Shown piece after piece: positions 22,959 through 41,719 of a stretch of 64,000 nt of DNA (the first letter of the stretch is position 1; each line of letters starts with the position of its first letter). The stretch is from assembly GCF_009914755.1 (NCBI RefSeq), contig NC_060925.1, one strand, 5' to 3'. A model generated the notes under the pieces. That model saw only the letters and a program-made list of their open reading frames with translations, was not told where the DNA came from and ran no database searches. Made by a program: the position numbers and the translations under genes. Source of the DNA: the human T2T-CHM13v2.0 reference genome, Homo sapiens.

Positions 22959-23895
22959 CTCAGGTAGAAGAGGAAGGACTTGTTGCAGTAAATAACAGAG
23001 CTACTGTAGATCCTTGAGTAGTTAAATAATATAAAATAAATTTTCTGAAAACTAATCTGCCTTTGGGATAAAAGATGACACATACTACACCCTCCACATA
23101 TATGTCAACTACATGAATATTATCAAGTAAGAGACTACTGCAGCACCACTGGCCTGAAGCAATGAGAACCTGGAGTGGAATCACTGACAGTGAAAATGGA
23201 AAGGAAACCCAAGTAACAGTTACAAGAAACAAATGATCAGATTTGGTGAAAATTCAATATAAACAACATAGAAGAATAGAAAAAGGAGATCACGAAATCT
23301 CCTCTGTGAACCAATCTGCAAGGGCCCCTTCAGCAATCACACCACACAATTACCTAACTACAAGGTATCTACACTTGGACAGGAGAAACTCGCGTAACTA
23401 GTGACAGAAGTATGACAGCCACGAGAGTCACAAAACAGGGGAAATACTCATCAACCAATGATTGACATGACGTTGAAGGTAACATTCACAATATTTAAGA
23501 GAGAACGTCTTACTAATAGCTCCAAACATGGGACGAGAGCATGATCCCAAGTCATAGCTGGAGATGTGAATTTTTCAATCACATAGAGAAGATTAACTGA
23601 AGCCATGTATTTGATGAGCTGACCTAGAAAATACGCAAGCAGAAAGACTTGGCTCTGACAAACAGGACTGAGGAAAAAAAAAAAAAAAACAGAAGAAACA
23701 GGAGAGGTGGTCGGGAAAACAAACACACAAAATATCCCAAGAATTCAGCTTCAGAGAAGCAAAGAGAGAAGAAAGTTTTCAGAAAGGAGGGACTGACAAG
23801 ATCACATGCTTAGAAGATTGAAAAGCCTGCAGAGTAAGAAAAGGCCACTGAATGCAGGAAGGAGGTAACCTGGTAACTTCCAAAAGTCTAGTTTC

Positions 23896-24861
23896 TATCA
23901 TCAGAGTGAACAGGCAACCTACAGAATGGGAGAATATTTTTACAATCTACCCATCTGACAAACGGCTAATATCCAGAATCTACGAGGAACTTAAACAAAT
24001 GTACAAGAAAAATACAACCCCATTAAAAAGTGGGCAAAGGATATGAACAGCCACTTCTCAAAAGAAGACATTTATGCAGCCAACGAATATATGAAAAAAA
24101 GCTCATCACCACTGGTCATTAGAGAAATCCAAATCAAAACCACAGTGAGATACCAGCTCATGCCAGTTAGGATGGCGATTATTAAAAAGTCAGGAAACAA
24201 CAGATGCTGGAGAGGATGTGGAGAAATAGGAACACTTTTACACTGTTGGTAGCAGTGTAAATTATTTCAACCATTGTGGAAGACAGTGTGGTGATTCCTC
24301 AAAGATCTAGAACCAGAAATACCATTTGACTCAGCAATCCTGTTACTGGGTATATACCCAAAGGATTATAAACCATTCTACTATAAAGACACACGCACAC
24401 GTATGCTTATTGCAGCACTCTTCACAATAGCAAAGACTCGGAACCAACCCAAATGCCCATCAATGACAGACTGGATAAAGAAAATGTGGCACATATACAT
24501 CATGGAATATTATGCAGCCATAAAAAAGGATGAGTTCATGTCCTTTGCAGGGACATGGATGAAGCTGGAAACCATCATTCTCAGCAAACTAACACTGGAA
24601 CAAAAAACCAAATACTGCATGTTCTCACTCATAAGTAGGGAGCTGAACAATGAGAACACATGGACACAGGAAGGGGGACATCACACACCAGGGCCTGTCA
24701 GGGGTGGGTGGCTGGGGGAGGGATAACATTAGGAGAAATACCTAATGTAGATGACGGGTTGATGAGTGCAGCAAACCACCATGGCACATATATACCTATG
24801 TAGCAAACCCGTGCGTTGTGCACATGTATCCCAGAACTTAAAGTATAAACAATAAATAAAT
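23896..24861 (+). mobile_element. 5'-truncated L1PA element (ORF2 end + 3' UTR), antisense in RRAGC intron 6
   Basis: ORF2 C-terminal peptides (RQPTEWE, KDEFMSFAGTWMKLETIILSK), A-rich tail, 14-bp TSD AAAAGTCTAGTTTC at 23882-23895 and 24862-24875. Confidence 0.93.
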
Positions 24862-25163
24862 AAAAGTCTAGTTTCAGTAGACTTGTTCAGATGGAAGCCA
24901 AACTGCATTCAGTTAAACAGGTAATGAAAGCATTTGAACGCAGAAAAGCTAGAATTAAAATCTTGATTTAAAATGAAAGATCAAAAAAAGAAAAGAGAAA
25001 GTCTGGACTATACATGGAAGGAAAGGGACAAAAGCAGTTTGAGCTTTTTTTTTCTGATAGCTATTTGTCTAACACTGCAATTATTATTTTCACTTGTTTT
25101 CAAGAACCTGAGAAGTTATGGCAAAGAAATTAACATAAAAACAGCTTTTTAAAATGCTATTAC

Positions 25164-25312
25164 CTTTTCTTTCAAAGCTTTCTTCCCTTAGAATGCAGAC
25201 CAGTGCCAAAAATTTAGTCACCTCCTTTAAATAAAGGACAGTTGTATTATTCAGCTTGATAATTGCCATAGATTCTTTGTCATAAGCACTTCCACTTCCA
25301 TCTTCCTTTAAC
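25164..25312 (-). CDS. RRAGC: RagC coding exon 6
   Basis: aaatag|G; [22 protein letters not shown]...ESFERK; G|gtaat; 149 nt. Confidence 0.96.
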
Positions 25313-26004
25313 CTATTTTAAAAGAAAGTACTATTCATTACAGGTTTCCCATCTAGGCATCTGCCACATTTAATCTGCACAATGACATCCACCCAGTTTC
25401 CCAAATGTCTCTGGGAAAGAATACTGGCTTAAACATATTGGGAGAGAGTGTTGTTAAGGTATAGTGTTCCTAAACACAGAATTTCAGGGATACCTATTAA
25501 AAACAACAACTCCATACACATCCTTTAATATAGATAATCAGACATTTGGAGAAAAAGGTGCAAACATATGTATATCTTAACCAGGGAAATGACAACGTTA
25601 CCAACATCTCACCAGGTGGGGCTACTCACCCCCTAGACTGTGTTCTGTAAACCCAGCTGAGGTGTCTCCTCTCTTTACTGCCCTAAGGTAACAGGGACCC
25701 TCTGGGACCTGCCGCCTCACTTAGATGAGCTCCTTCGAGGCATATTCTATTTGCCAGGTCAATCACATTTTCACAGAAAACATATTTTTTGCTTCCTCAC
25801 AAAAGCAAGAAAATACTTAGACTAAACAAGAACAGTCTCAGCTAGAGACTAGCAGGGACTATGTTGAAATCAACAACTTTTAAAAAGAGATACGGACTCA
25901 AGAGTCTTTTCTGATGTACTTGCCTATAAAAATCTAAAGGTTATCTAGCTATTGTTACGAATTAAGAGTTATTAAAAATGCTTTTTTAAAAGTATTTGCC
26001 TTCA

Positions 26005-30203
<4,199 letters not shown>

Positions 30204-30851
30204 TTATCAGCTTTTGAAAAGCCAGTAATTCTCCAAAGTTTTCACCAGTCCTCTGGCCTATTCTACAAAATCACTTGCTGGCTGGCTTTCATAAATTTCT
30301 ATAGCGAGTTTGGCAAATTTACATAAAGGAGGAGCTCAAATTTTAGAGATTTATTTTGGAAACTTGTATATATGGGTCAGATTTTTATAAGTTCTTCCAA
30401 CATCCAAAATTCTAATTACTTTCTTTGCTCTCTGAAAGATTAAGAATCCCTAATTCCACAAAGCCTGAGGTTAAATCAGGAACCAGAACTTACTTTGTTA
30501 TTCAGACCATTTTAAATAAATTAATCTAGTTTTTCAATCTAACTAAGTTCCAGTAGTGAGAAGACACAGTGCAACCCTCCCCCATCCCCACAACAGTGGG
30601 AGAAACTTGCAGTGATAAACAAGTCCAGTTCTAGTCATGCTTTCCAACTTTTCTTAGCCATTCTCCGAAGGAGTAAGACCCAGCAGCCAACTTCCAGAGA
30701 AATCATGCTCCAAGTTAAAGCACTATGGTCAGAACAATCCCAGTTCATGTAGTACCACTTGCCAGGGGCCTCAGAAATTAGTCTTCTGAACAAATCAAGT
30801 TAATAGTTTTCCGCCTGTCTGAGATATTGCAGGAATATATACATAACTTAC

Positions 30852-30994
30852 CCATATATACAAGACACATCAATTACAACATCGATCATGTCACAGCAAA
30901 GTTCATAAGATTGCATATCCACAGGGGAACTGTCTGTTGCAATGTAGATTTTGCTGACAACATCAAAGAGAAAAGCTTTTTCAATACCTGAATT
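30852..30994 (-). CDS. RRAGC: RagC coding exon 5 (roadblock domain)
   Basis: tttccaag|AAT (AAG acceptor); [21 protein letters not shown]...VSCIYG; GG|gtaagt; 143 nt. Confidence 0.96.
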
Positions 30995-31610
30995 CTTGGA
31001 AAAACAAATGGGAAACTGTTCAGTATTTTTTAAGAATCACAATTTACAACTTATCGAAGATCTAGAATTACTGAATAACATCCAAGGTCATTTTTAATTA
31101 TATAACCCAATACCAAAAAACAAATAGCACTTGCTTGAGAGACTCTTCTATTATCCAAAGAATGAAAGAGGAATTATTTCTCTACTCTGATTTACTGACA
31201 CAATTTCCTAAGTCAAATCTTCTTCTTCCTCTTTACTCAAATGAATTGTTTTCTAAGACATCACAAAAAATTTAACAAAAATCTCTAAAAATCAAGCAAT
31301 GCTACATTTTCAATAATCCTCTTATTAATATAAACCATCTCTGATTTGAATTACTTTGCTATCAAGAAAGGCGTTATGTGGCAATTTACAAACCATAAAA
31401 GAATTACACGTTGACATCAACATCTATTTAAGAATTCAGAAAATAACTTGAATAATATGTTATCATTTATTTTACATGTTAAGTGGGTCACTAGTCTTTG
31501 TACTTGATACAGATTAATTCAAGACTTTTTTGGAAAATTTGAAAACACAAATATATTCCCAAAAATGGAATCAGAAGCTGCAGTGAATTAAATATAAATT
31601 GCTCACTTAC

Positions 31611-31725
31611 TGATATAAAGATATTTAATAGGTTTTCCAAGGTCGGCAGTTGTGGAATGAGTTTCTGCACCACCTTACTAAAGGCTTCAAATATTGAATG
31701 GTCATAGATACTAGTCAGATAAAAG
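31611..31725 (-). CDS. RRAGC: RagC coding exon 4
   Basis: ttttcag|C; [24 protein letters not shown]...NIFIS; TCA|gtaagt; 115 nt. Confidence 0.97.
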
Positions 31726-32700
31726 CTGAAAAACACAACATAGCTTGATTAATTTGAAAAATACCTTATGTTCTATGACAACTATTATAATACATAAAAT
31801 TTTAAGTTTCTTAACATTTGATTTCAGTGAGTTCAATAAAGCCTCTTTATCTTGTCTACCATACCCATCACTCAAGATGACAAATACACTTTCCCACCTG
31901 GCTTCATCTCTTTACTGCATTTACACAGGGGGCAACTGAAGTAGTACTGAGAAAAGGATTTTCAGGTACATAAACTCCAATATTCACCGAAGTCTTTGCA
32001 ATCTGATCCAAAAAGCTTTTTTTAAGCACATAACTGAGACCAAAAATAAGACTAAAACCGAGAAAACTAGAAGAGTTATGTGACATTTATTAAATAAGAA
32101 CATAATTCAGGTTTCTACTAAAATGTCACCTCAAAAAGTTCTTTCCAGACCAGCCTACCTAAAATAGCACTCGTGTACCCAAGGCTTTCAACCCCTTTCC
32201 CCTAATTTGTTTTTCTTCACACCACTGGTAAGTACTTAAAACGATACTATACATTCATTTAGGTGCTTCTGAGCTGTGTCACTGAAAATGTTAAGTTCCA
32301 GGGGAAAGAGACTTTGTCAGTCTCGCTCCTAGCAGCAAGCCCACTTCCCTGAACAGTGCTCATAAGTATCTGCTGAATAAACAAATGAATACAATTGGTG
32401 TTTACAATTTATGTAAAGAGCATATTAAACAGGATGGGAGTCGGGACTCTACAGAGAATGGAGGAATCTACAGGAGTCTGGAGGCCTAAAAGGACTTACG
32501 GTGGAGAAGTAACACATGTAGATTCAATAAAACACGTATTTGAGAGGGAAGCCTTTAACAATTTAAACACTGTCAACAATTCTATCTGCTTTATAACTCA
32601 GGGAGTACAATCTTCATTATATAGTCGCATCCACCACACATTTATACGTATATATAACATCAGAGACACAGAACTTTATAGGTAATTTAAAGATACTTTC

Positions 32701-33608
<908 letters not shown>

Positions 33609-34943
33609 TAAAAGCTTGATGCAACATTCTACTGAAGTTAACAAGGTCTAGGACCCTACATGGTACTGAGGAAAGGGATGGCATGTACCACTAGGGTGGG
33701 ATGCCCTGGAAAGGAACACAGACACGGAGTAAAGAGAATCAGAAGGATCCCCATGGAGCACTGGGGAACACAGGACAAGAACGGCTCAAAATCCAGGTAA
33801 AAAACTATTAGCAGTGGATTCCCAAAAAAATAAGACTGAATTTTTGTGGAGAGCCACTTACATTTTCTCCTACAAACATTGCTGAATTTTTATTTTTTTA
33901 ACATGAATTATTTTCAAATTATTTAGAAATTTAATCCAGGCAAACTAGAGGTCAATGAGACTTTTCGACATGGTTTCCTAGAAGAATAACTGAAAGATCT
34001 TGGAGCCTGAGACCCAGAGAATTTTAGGGGGAGGGATAGCAGTTAGCTTGAGCCCATAAAGAAGTCACAACAATAGAACGGGGACAGAGAAATAACTTGC
34101 TGTCTCTCTCCCCTTCTCCCTCTTTAAGCTACTTCTATCGTCAAGAGAATATTTTCTTGGGTACTTTTTAATACTCATTTCTACCTATATCACCAAATAA
34201 AATAAGATGTACAAAAATATTCCTCATACACTTTTAGAATGCAAATACACAAATCAATCCTATCAAGTAGGTATTATTTAATAATAATTTCTTAACAGTA
34301 GTTACAAACCAATAGTCCTCTAAATTTAATAGCAGCCTTATGCACATTTATAAGATAAACCCACCTAAGCCAAACTTTATAGAGTTTCATAAAAGTATAA
34401 AGTGTTTTAAAAGCTAAGATATATTACAGTCAGTCCAGGGGGGAGGTGGAAGGGAGCCAGCAGGAAAAATAAAAATGAAAAATAAAAAGAGTCAGTCCAG
34501 ATTTGAAAGTGCACTCTCTGTATAAGGCTGTTCCTACTGAGAAAGATACTGTCTAAGACTCAAGCTAAAGACTTCCACAACAAATGTGACAGATTCACTT
34601 CACTGATGCAAGGCGGGGAAAAGTAATGAAACCAAGAGGAAGGAGTCCCAAAGCAGATTTATGCCATGAAGAAACAGCCTGACTCCAGTCTCTTGAGATG
34701 AATTTGGAAAAGCACCAGTGGAAACACTTCACATGACTTCAATCTCCAGGAAAACGCAAAAAGTGGGTAATTTCTCAATATCAGGCTCCCCAGACAGCCT
34801 GGAATTCAACAACAAGATCAAAAACATAAAAGATGTGGCAAAGGGCACACAGGTAGCAGAAAGCTATGGTGTTTGTAATGACAGAGATGGGAATACATTT
34901 ACACCTTGTTCAGGGCTTTCATATCAAACACACATGTTGTTAC

Positions 34944-35143
34944 CTAAGATGGAGTTTTTCTAGCCCAGCATCTGCAAGGTCATCATTGGCCCTTTGATGA
35001 ATGTCCCTCTGTGTTTCTATTTTGTGATCATCAGACAGACCATCAACTTTGTGAATAAAAACCTCAAAATTCATGTCTGGGTTAACTTTGTAGGCTTTAG
35101 AAACAGTAATGTGAAGTCTTGTTAAAGCCTCCATGTAGTCATC
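34944..35143 (-). CDS. RRAGC: RagC coding exon 3
   Basis: cttacag|GAT; DDYMEAL...FIHKVDGL (G4 HKxD)...KLHL; AG|gtaac; 200 nt. Confidence 0.97.
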
Positions 35144-36114
35144 CTGTAAGTCAGAACAAAATATTTTTTAAAATAAATCTTACAAAAGCCAAGTAATGAG
35201 TTAAAGCCTCAAACCACCTCTTTCCCCAACCACAGAAAAATACTATCCTAATTATCATCAATATTCAAACATTCAAATATACTATACTACTAAATAACTC
35301 TTCAATTGTCTCAAGATAAAAAAATTCAATTACCAAGTTAATGCTTGTAATTTTTAATATTAATTTAAGAAAGAAAAAAATGATATGAACATTTTTTCCC
35401 AACATAATTTTTTTAAGTAATCCCAGCTCTGCCATTTATTCAGTGTGTCACTTTAAGCAAGCTGCTTAAACTCTGATCTCAGTTTTCTCATCTGTAAGAT
35501 CAGAATTACAATACCTACCTAACAATATTGTGAAGCTTAAATTAATTAGGTCCTGTACGTGAAGGCACCCTCTGTAGAGCCTATCACTCAGAAAGCATTC
35601 TTAACTAATGCTTAAGCTTATAAAAAGTAAGCTTCTTAAAGGATAGGGACTTGCCCCATTCATCTCACTGACTGCCACATGCTAGGCCCTCCATAAATGT
35701 TTGTTGAGCTAAACTCAATTTTGACAATTAAGTAAACTATTCACTCTAATATCTACTGACTCAGTTCTCATATTCCTCTTTATGTTATGGGATGGGATAT
35801 TTTCAGGGAATAACATCACTATTATTATAAAATTATTATAAAATATGGCAACCAATAAAAGTGGAAAGCCAATGTTAGCTGCTCATGAACTAGGACTCAA
35901 GGATGTAAACCATATCTCCTAATCATCTGATATTCTGTACCTGCACAATGCATGTCTGCTCCCAAAGCACTCTGCAACTGCATCTCTTACACTGTTAGGG
36001 AATCTACTGCCAAAGAGATAAGCTGCAACCACATGACAAAGAAGATAAACAACTTTCCTTTGTTTCTACATCTTTTTCCCACCAGGAAAGAGGAGTAAAC
36101 ACATTACTGACTAC

Positions 36115-36318
36115 CTGTGCGTCAATGACGTATATCAATGCTCCTGTTCCCCTGAAGATCATCTCATAGTCAAAGGTTGGGTCAAAAAAGTCCATTTGCC
36201 CAGGAAAATCCCATATCTGGAAATTCACAAAGGAGCTATTGGAAATGTCATCCTTATAAATCTTGTTGGTACTTTCCAAAAAGAGGGTCTCGTTGGGTGA
36301 CATCTTATGAAACACCAC
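36115..36318 (-). CDS. RRAGC: RagC coding exon 2
   Basis: ttttaacag|GTG acceptor; [17 protein letters not shown]...WDFPGQ...VIDAQ; CAG|gtag donor; 204 nt. Confidence 0.98.
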
Positions 36319-36912
36319 CTGTTAAAAGAAAACAGGCAATTTTATGACTATTAAACTTCAGAATTTAAATTTAAAATTCCACCCTGGTTTAACATTTAAA
36401 CATTTGATCCCACAAAAAAAAATTTTTTTTGAAAAGTAGAAACTGAATGGTGAATCCATTGGTATTCACTATCCCTTTATTTTTGACAAAAGAAGACACC
36501 AAATTAATTTCCATTAAATCTATTTTGGAGCTAAATCTTTTCTCCTATGTTCTATGCACCATACTCAGTACTAATAGTAGCAATCTCTATCACCTCCATT
36601 AGTTTTTCTGGGGGAAAGCTAACATTAATTCTACCAAAATCTGCTTTAAGATTATAAAAGTCTTACAGCTAAAGCTTAAGAAGTCTGGTTTATTCAAAAA
36701 TTACTTGAATGCCTACCTCAGGCTCTGAGGAGTAATTTAAAAAGTGAAACAGACTGGACTCTGCCCTCACTGACTTTGCAGTCTAAGAAGGGCAGTAACT
36801 ATACCAAGTAGAAAGTGAAAACGTCCAGGGGGAGGCCACGGGGACTGACAGGGAAAAGATAGCTCTCATGAGAAAAGAAACGTAAAGGCAATTGTTAAGA
36901 GTCACAATAATC

Positions 36913-37956
<1,044 letters not shown>

Positions 37957-38379
37957 CGTGTACAGCCCTCCATTTGTTCATGAAGGCCCAAAAGTGAAAA
38001 CAAACAGACTAGGTCTGCAAAATATTCTCAAAGTCTCAGATTTTTAAAAACACACCCCTACAGGGGGAACAGCACCAGTAATTACATTCACCAGGCCACA
38101 ACTACTGAAATGGGTGCAATCTCACTACCCAATTCCCAGTAATGCTACAGCGAAGTCTCCTTCACATCAGTAGCGAGAATTACAACGCCCAGTGTCTTAG
38201 TCACAACTCTTCCTGACGCTGCTCCCTGGGGCTCTGCTGGGAATCCCGAAACACTCAGGTCACCTGAAGTGAGAACAAATCAAAACGGGCCAGGGGAGGG
38301 AGTCCACGAAGTTCTCCAAGTGAGAACTGGAGAGTACGTCTCAGTTTCGTAAATGACACAGGAGCTGGGTCCCAGGGGG

Positions 38380-39300
38380 CGGAGGTCTTGGGCGGTGCCA
38401 CCGGGCACCTGCCTCCCGGCAAGCAGTTTCGCCTTCAGCGCTCCACTTGGCTTCAGCTGACTTGGGCGTGGACACAGAGGTCGGGGTCCCCGCGCGGGCC
38501 GCGCCTGTGCGCTCGCAAGAGTGGAAGAGAAAGTGCGGAGGGACGGAGCGCAGGCGGGCCCCGGCCGCCGCCCTCCCGGGCGTCCCCGCTACCGGCCACC
38601 TGAGAACCGGGGAGGGGGCGGGGGACCGGGCGCAGCCCTGCTCACCTTCTGGATGGAGGACTTGCCGCTGCGCCGGAGTCCCATGAGCAGAATCCTCGGC
38701 TTGGAGCTGTCAGCGCCCCCCGGACCACAGCCACCGCCTGCCCCTGCCCCAACCCCTCCGCCCGCCGCCGCCGCCTCCTCTTCCTCCTCCTCCACGCCGT
38801 AGCCGAAGTCCTTTGGAAACGAATCGGCCGCGCCGTAACTGCCGGCGAGGGGCGTCTCCTCCGCCCCGTACTGCAGGGACATGGTGCTGGAGCCGCCGCC
38901 GCCCGCGCCCTGACAGGCCAGGCCAGGCCGAGCCAGGCCGCCGCCTCCCCAGTCCGCCTCCGCCGCCGCCGCCACCACCGCCACCGCCCCCGGCAGCCGC
39001 CACAGTCCGGCCCGCCCCCCGGAGCCCGGCTCTCATAGGCCCCGAGCCGAAGCCCAGCCGCTTATTGGCCGCCCGAGCTGCTACTCGAGAGCAGCAGGGT
39101 AGGTGGTGCCCCGTCACGTGCCGGAATCACCTGACTCAGAGCCGCGGAGGGGGGAGGAGGAGTCACGAGGAGGGCGGCCCGGCCGCGCCTCTAGCCCCGG
39201 CTCGGGCCCTCAGCCCTCCGCCCCGGCCCGCATACAACGCTGTCTGCACCGCTCCCCTGCCTTCTTCCGGGCTCCCAGAGCACCGCTATGGAGATGCTCT
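38380..39300. promoter_or_regulatory. RRAGC: CpG-island promoter of RRAGC (CCAAT at 39068-39064, E-box GTCACGTG at 39113-39120, GC boxes)
   Basis: High GC/CpG density around exon 1; motifs read directly. Confidence 0.9.
38646..38882 (-). CDS. RRAGC: RagC GTPase coding exon 1 (aa 1-79, includes P-loop GLRRSGKS)
   Basis: CACCATGTCCCTGCAG start; translation MSLQYGAEETPLAGSYG...ILLMGLRRSGKSSIQK; donor AAG|gtgag; 237 nt. Confidence 0.98.
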
Positions 39301-39475
39301 CCCGGCATTTGAGGAAGAATTGATTGTCCTCATCCTGCAACTGTACTTGCCCAACCGATATTTATTGATGCCTGCAGTGTCCTGGGTGCCTACCAAGGGG
39401 CACAGAACTGGATCCGACGCAGACCCTGCCTGCCTTCAGGTTGCTTGAAGATGAACAGAGAGATCGGACCTCTGC
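39230..39475 (+). ncRNA. Candidate first exon of a divergent lncRNA from the RRAGC CpG island
   Basis: Plus-strand GC|GTAAGT donor at 39476 next to the island; recollection that a divergent transcript is annotated here; start uncertain. Confidence 0.35.
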
Positions 39476-40328
39476 GTAAGTAACCTCGCTACGAAATATT
39501 ATGTGGGAAGGTCACGGATAAATAATGCTCGGGAGTTGAATGAGAAAGCGTCTGAGCAGATCTAGGTGGATGGATAGATTGGGATGTGCAAAGGTATGGG
39601 GGAGCCAGCCACACTGAGGGCAAACCTCAACCAAGGCAGAGTCATGGGTCACCGTGATAGTTTGTTCTAGCAGGTAGCTGGACCCTGATGGGAAAGCAGA
39701 TGCAGCCAAGCTAGAACATCTTATCTTCTTTCTTCAGTAAGTCGCCGATAGTGGATACTGCTGCCACTTCAAACCCAACGGGACTCAATTTGCCCTCCTT
39801 CCCGCCTTGTCAAAGTCTACTCTAGGAATTCCATCCCCCATAGAACACTGCCTCTTCTATGACCTCGTTCAGATTAGAGACCAAAGTATTGAATAATGAA
39901 AGCAAACAAAAGCAAATGCTTGTCACCAAATATGTCCGAGAAATCTAGAGGAATTTTTATTTTTGATAATCAGGCTCTAGAACTGGAAGTTTGAGAAGAG
40001 GATCCTCTTAAAGCACAGCCCTATACACTTTTTAAAGTACAGGAGTGGGGGTGCTCCCAGCCCTCCAAGGAGACTGACTTCTTGATTATGAAGGAAAAAT
40101 TCGCACATGCGGGCAGGTCTGGGACTTTGGTTTTGTCTGAACCCAGAAGTTAGAGGTAGGATACACCCTTAGAGGTCATCTAGCCCAACCTCTCACCTAA
40201 AACGAACCAACTCTATAGTGTCTAATAGACATGCAGAATGCACTTAAATAGTTCGAAGGTAAAAGAGCTCACCATCTCGAAAGGCAGCCAACTCCACTGT
40301 GGTAAACCTTTGTTTAAAAATTGTTAAA

Positions 40329-40685
<357 letters not shown>

Positions 40686-40789
40686 TCACCTTTTTCATGA
40701 CAGCCCTTCAAATACCAGATTGCAGTATTCATTACCCACTAAGTCTTCTCTGTTCCTTGCTGAACATCCTCAGTTTCAACCATTCCTAT

Positions 40790-41272
<483 letters not shown>

Positions 41273-41719
41273 CCTTATATATTCAAATCCTCTATTGGTC
41301 ACTCTTTATATGCATTCCAGCTTGTCAATATCCATCAAACATCTGACTCCTACAAAGCAATACTAAACAGTACAACTTTCAGAATGACCATTTAACACCT
41401 AGACAGTATTTCTATTCCTGCTTTCCAGAATGTAATTTTTTTTAAGCATCCATAGGGTGGGTCACATTGATAATCACTGTAACTAATACTTTGTCAGCAA
41501 TCCTAGTGCCTAAATGTGTATAACTGCATTTTTTAACCTAAATGTAAGACTTGATACTTCAACTTTTTGGTTTAGGCCCAGCAGTTTGGGTATTCCACGT
41601 GGTTAATCATTTTAAAGCTTGTTTCAATATAGTCTTCCAACCAGACTTTCCAATTTGTGTCACTTACAGATTTGGCACTACCACCATCTGGTCTGTATGT
41701 AATCCTTTACAGTTTGCAA

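Noticed and set aside
23086-23169. Possible poison exon in RRAGC intron 6 (ccactccag|GTTC acceptor, gtatgt donor, early stop)
   Set aside because: Donor exonic context is weak and such pairs arise by chance; unsupported without RNA data
23852-24726. ORFs resembling a reverse-transcriptase protein C-terminus
   Set aside because: Broken L1 ORF2 fragments of a truncated insertion
30987-30996. AAG acceptor of RRAGC exon 5 with a competing CAG 7 nt downstream
   Set aside because: The downstream site would frameshift; the first-AG rule and the known protein (ISNSGIEK) support AAG
38813-39448. 211-aa Pro-rich plus-strand ORF
   Set aside because: Antisense to the RRAGC GC-rich exon; begins at a non-ATG codon; stop-poor because of GC content
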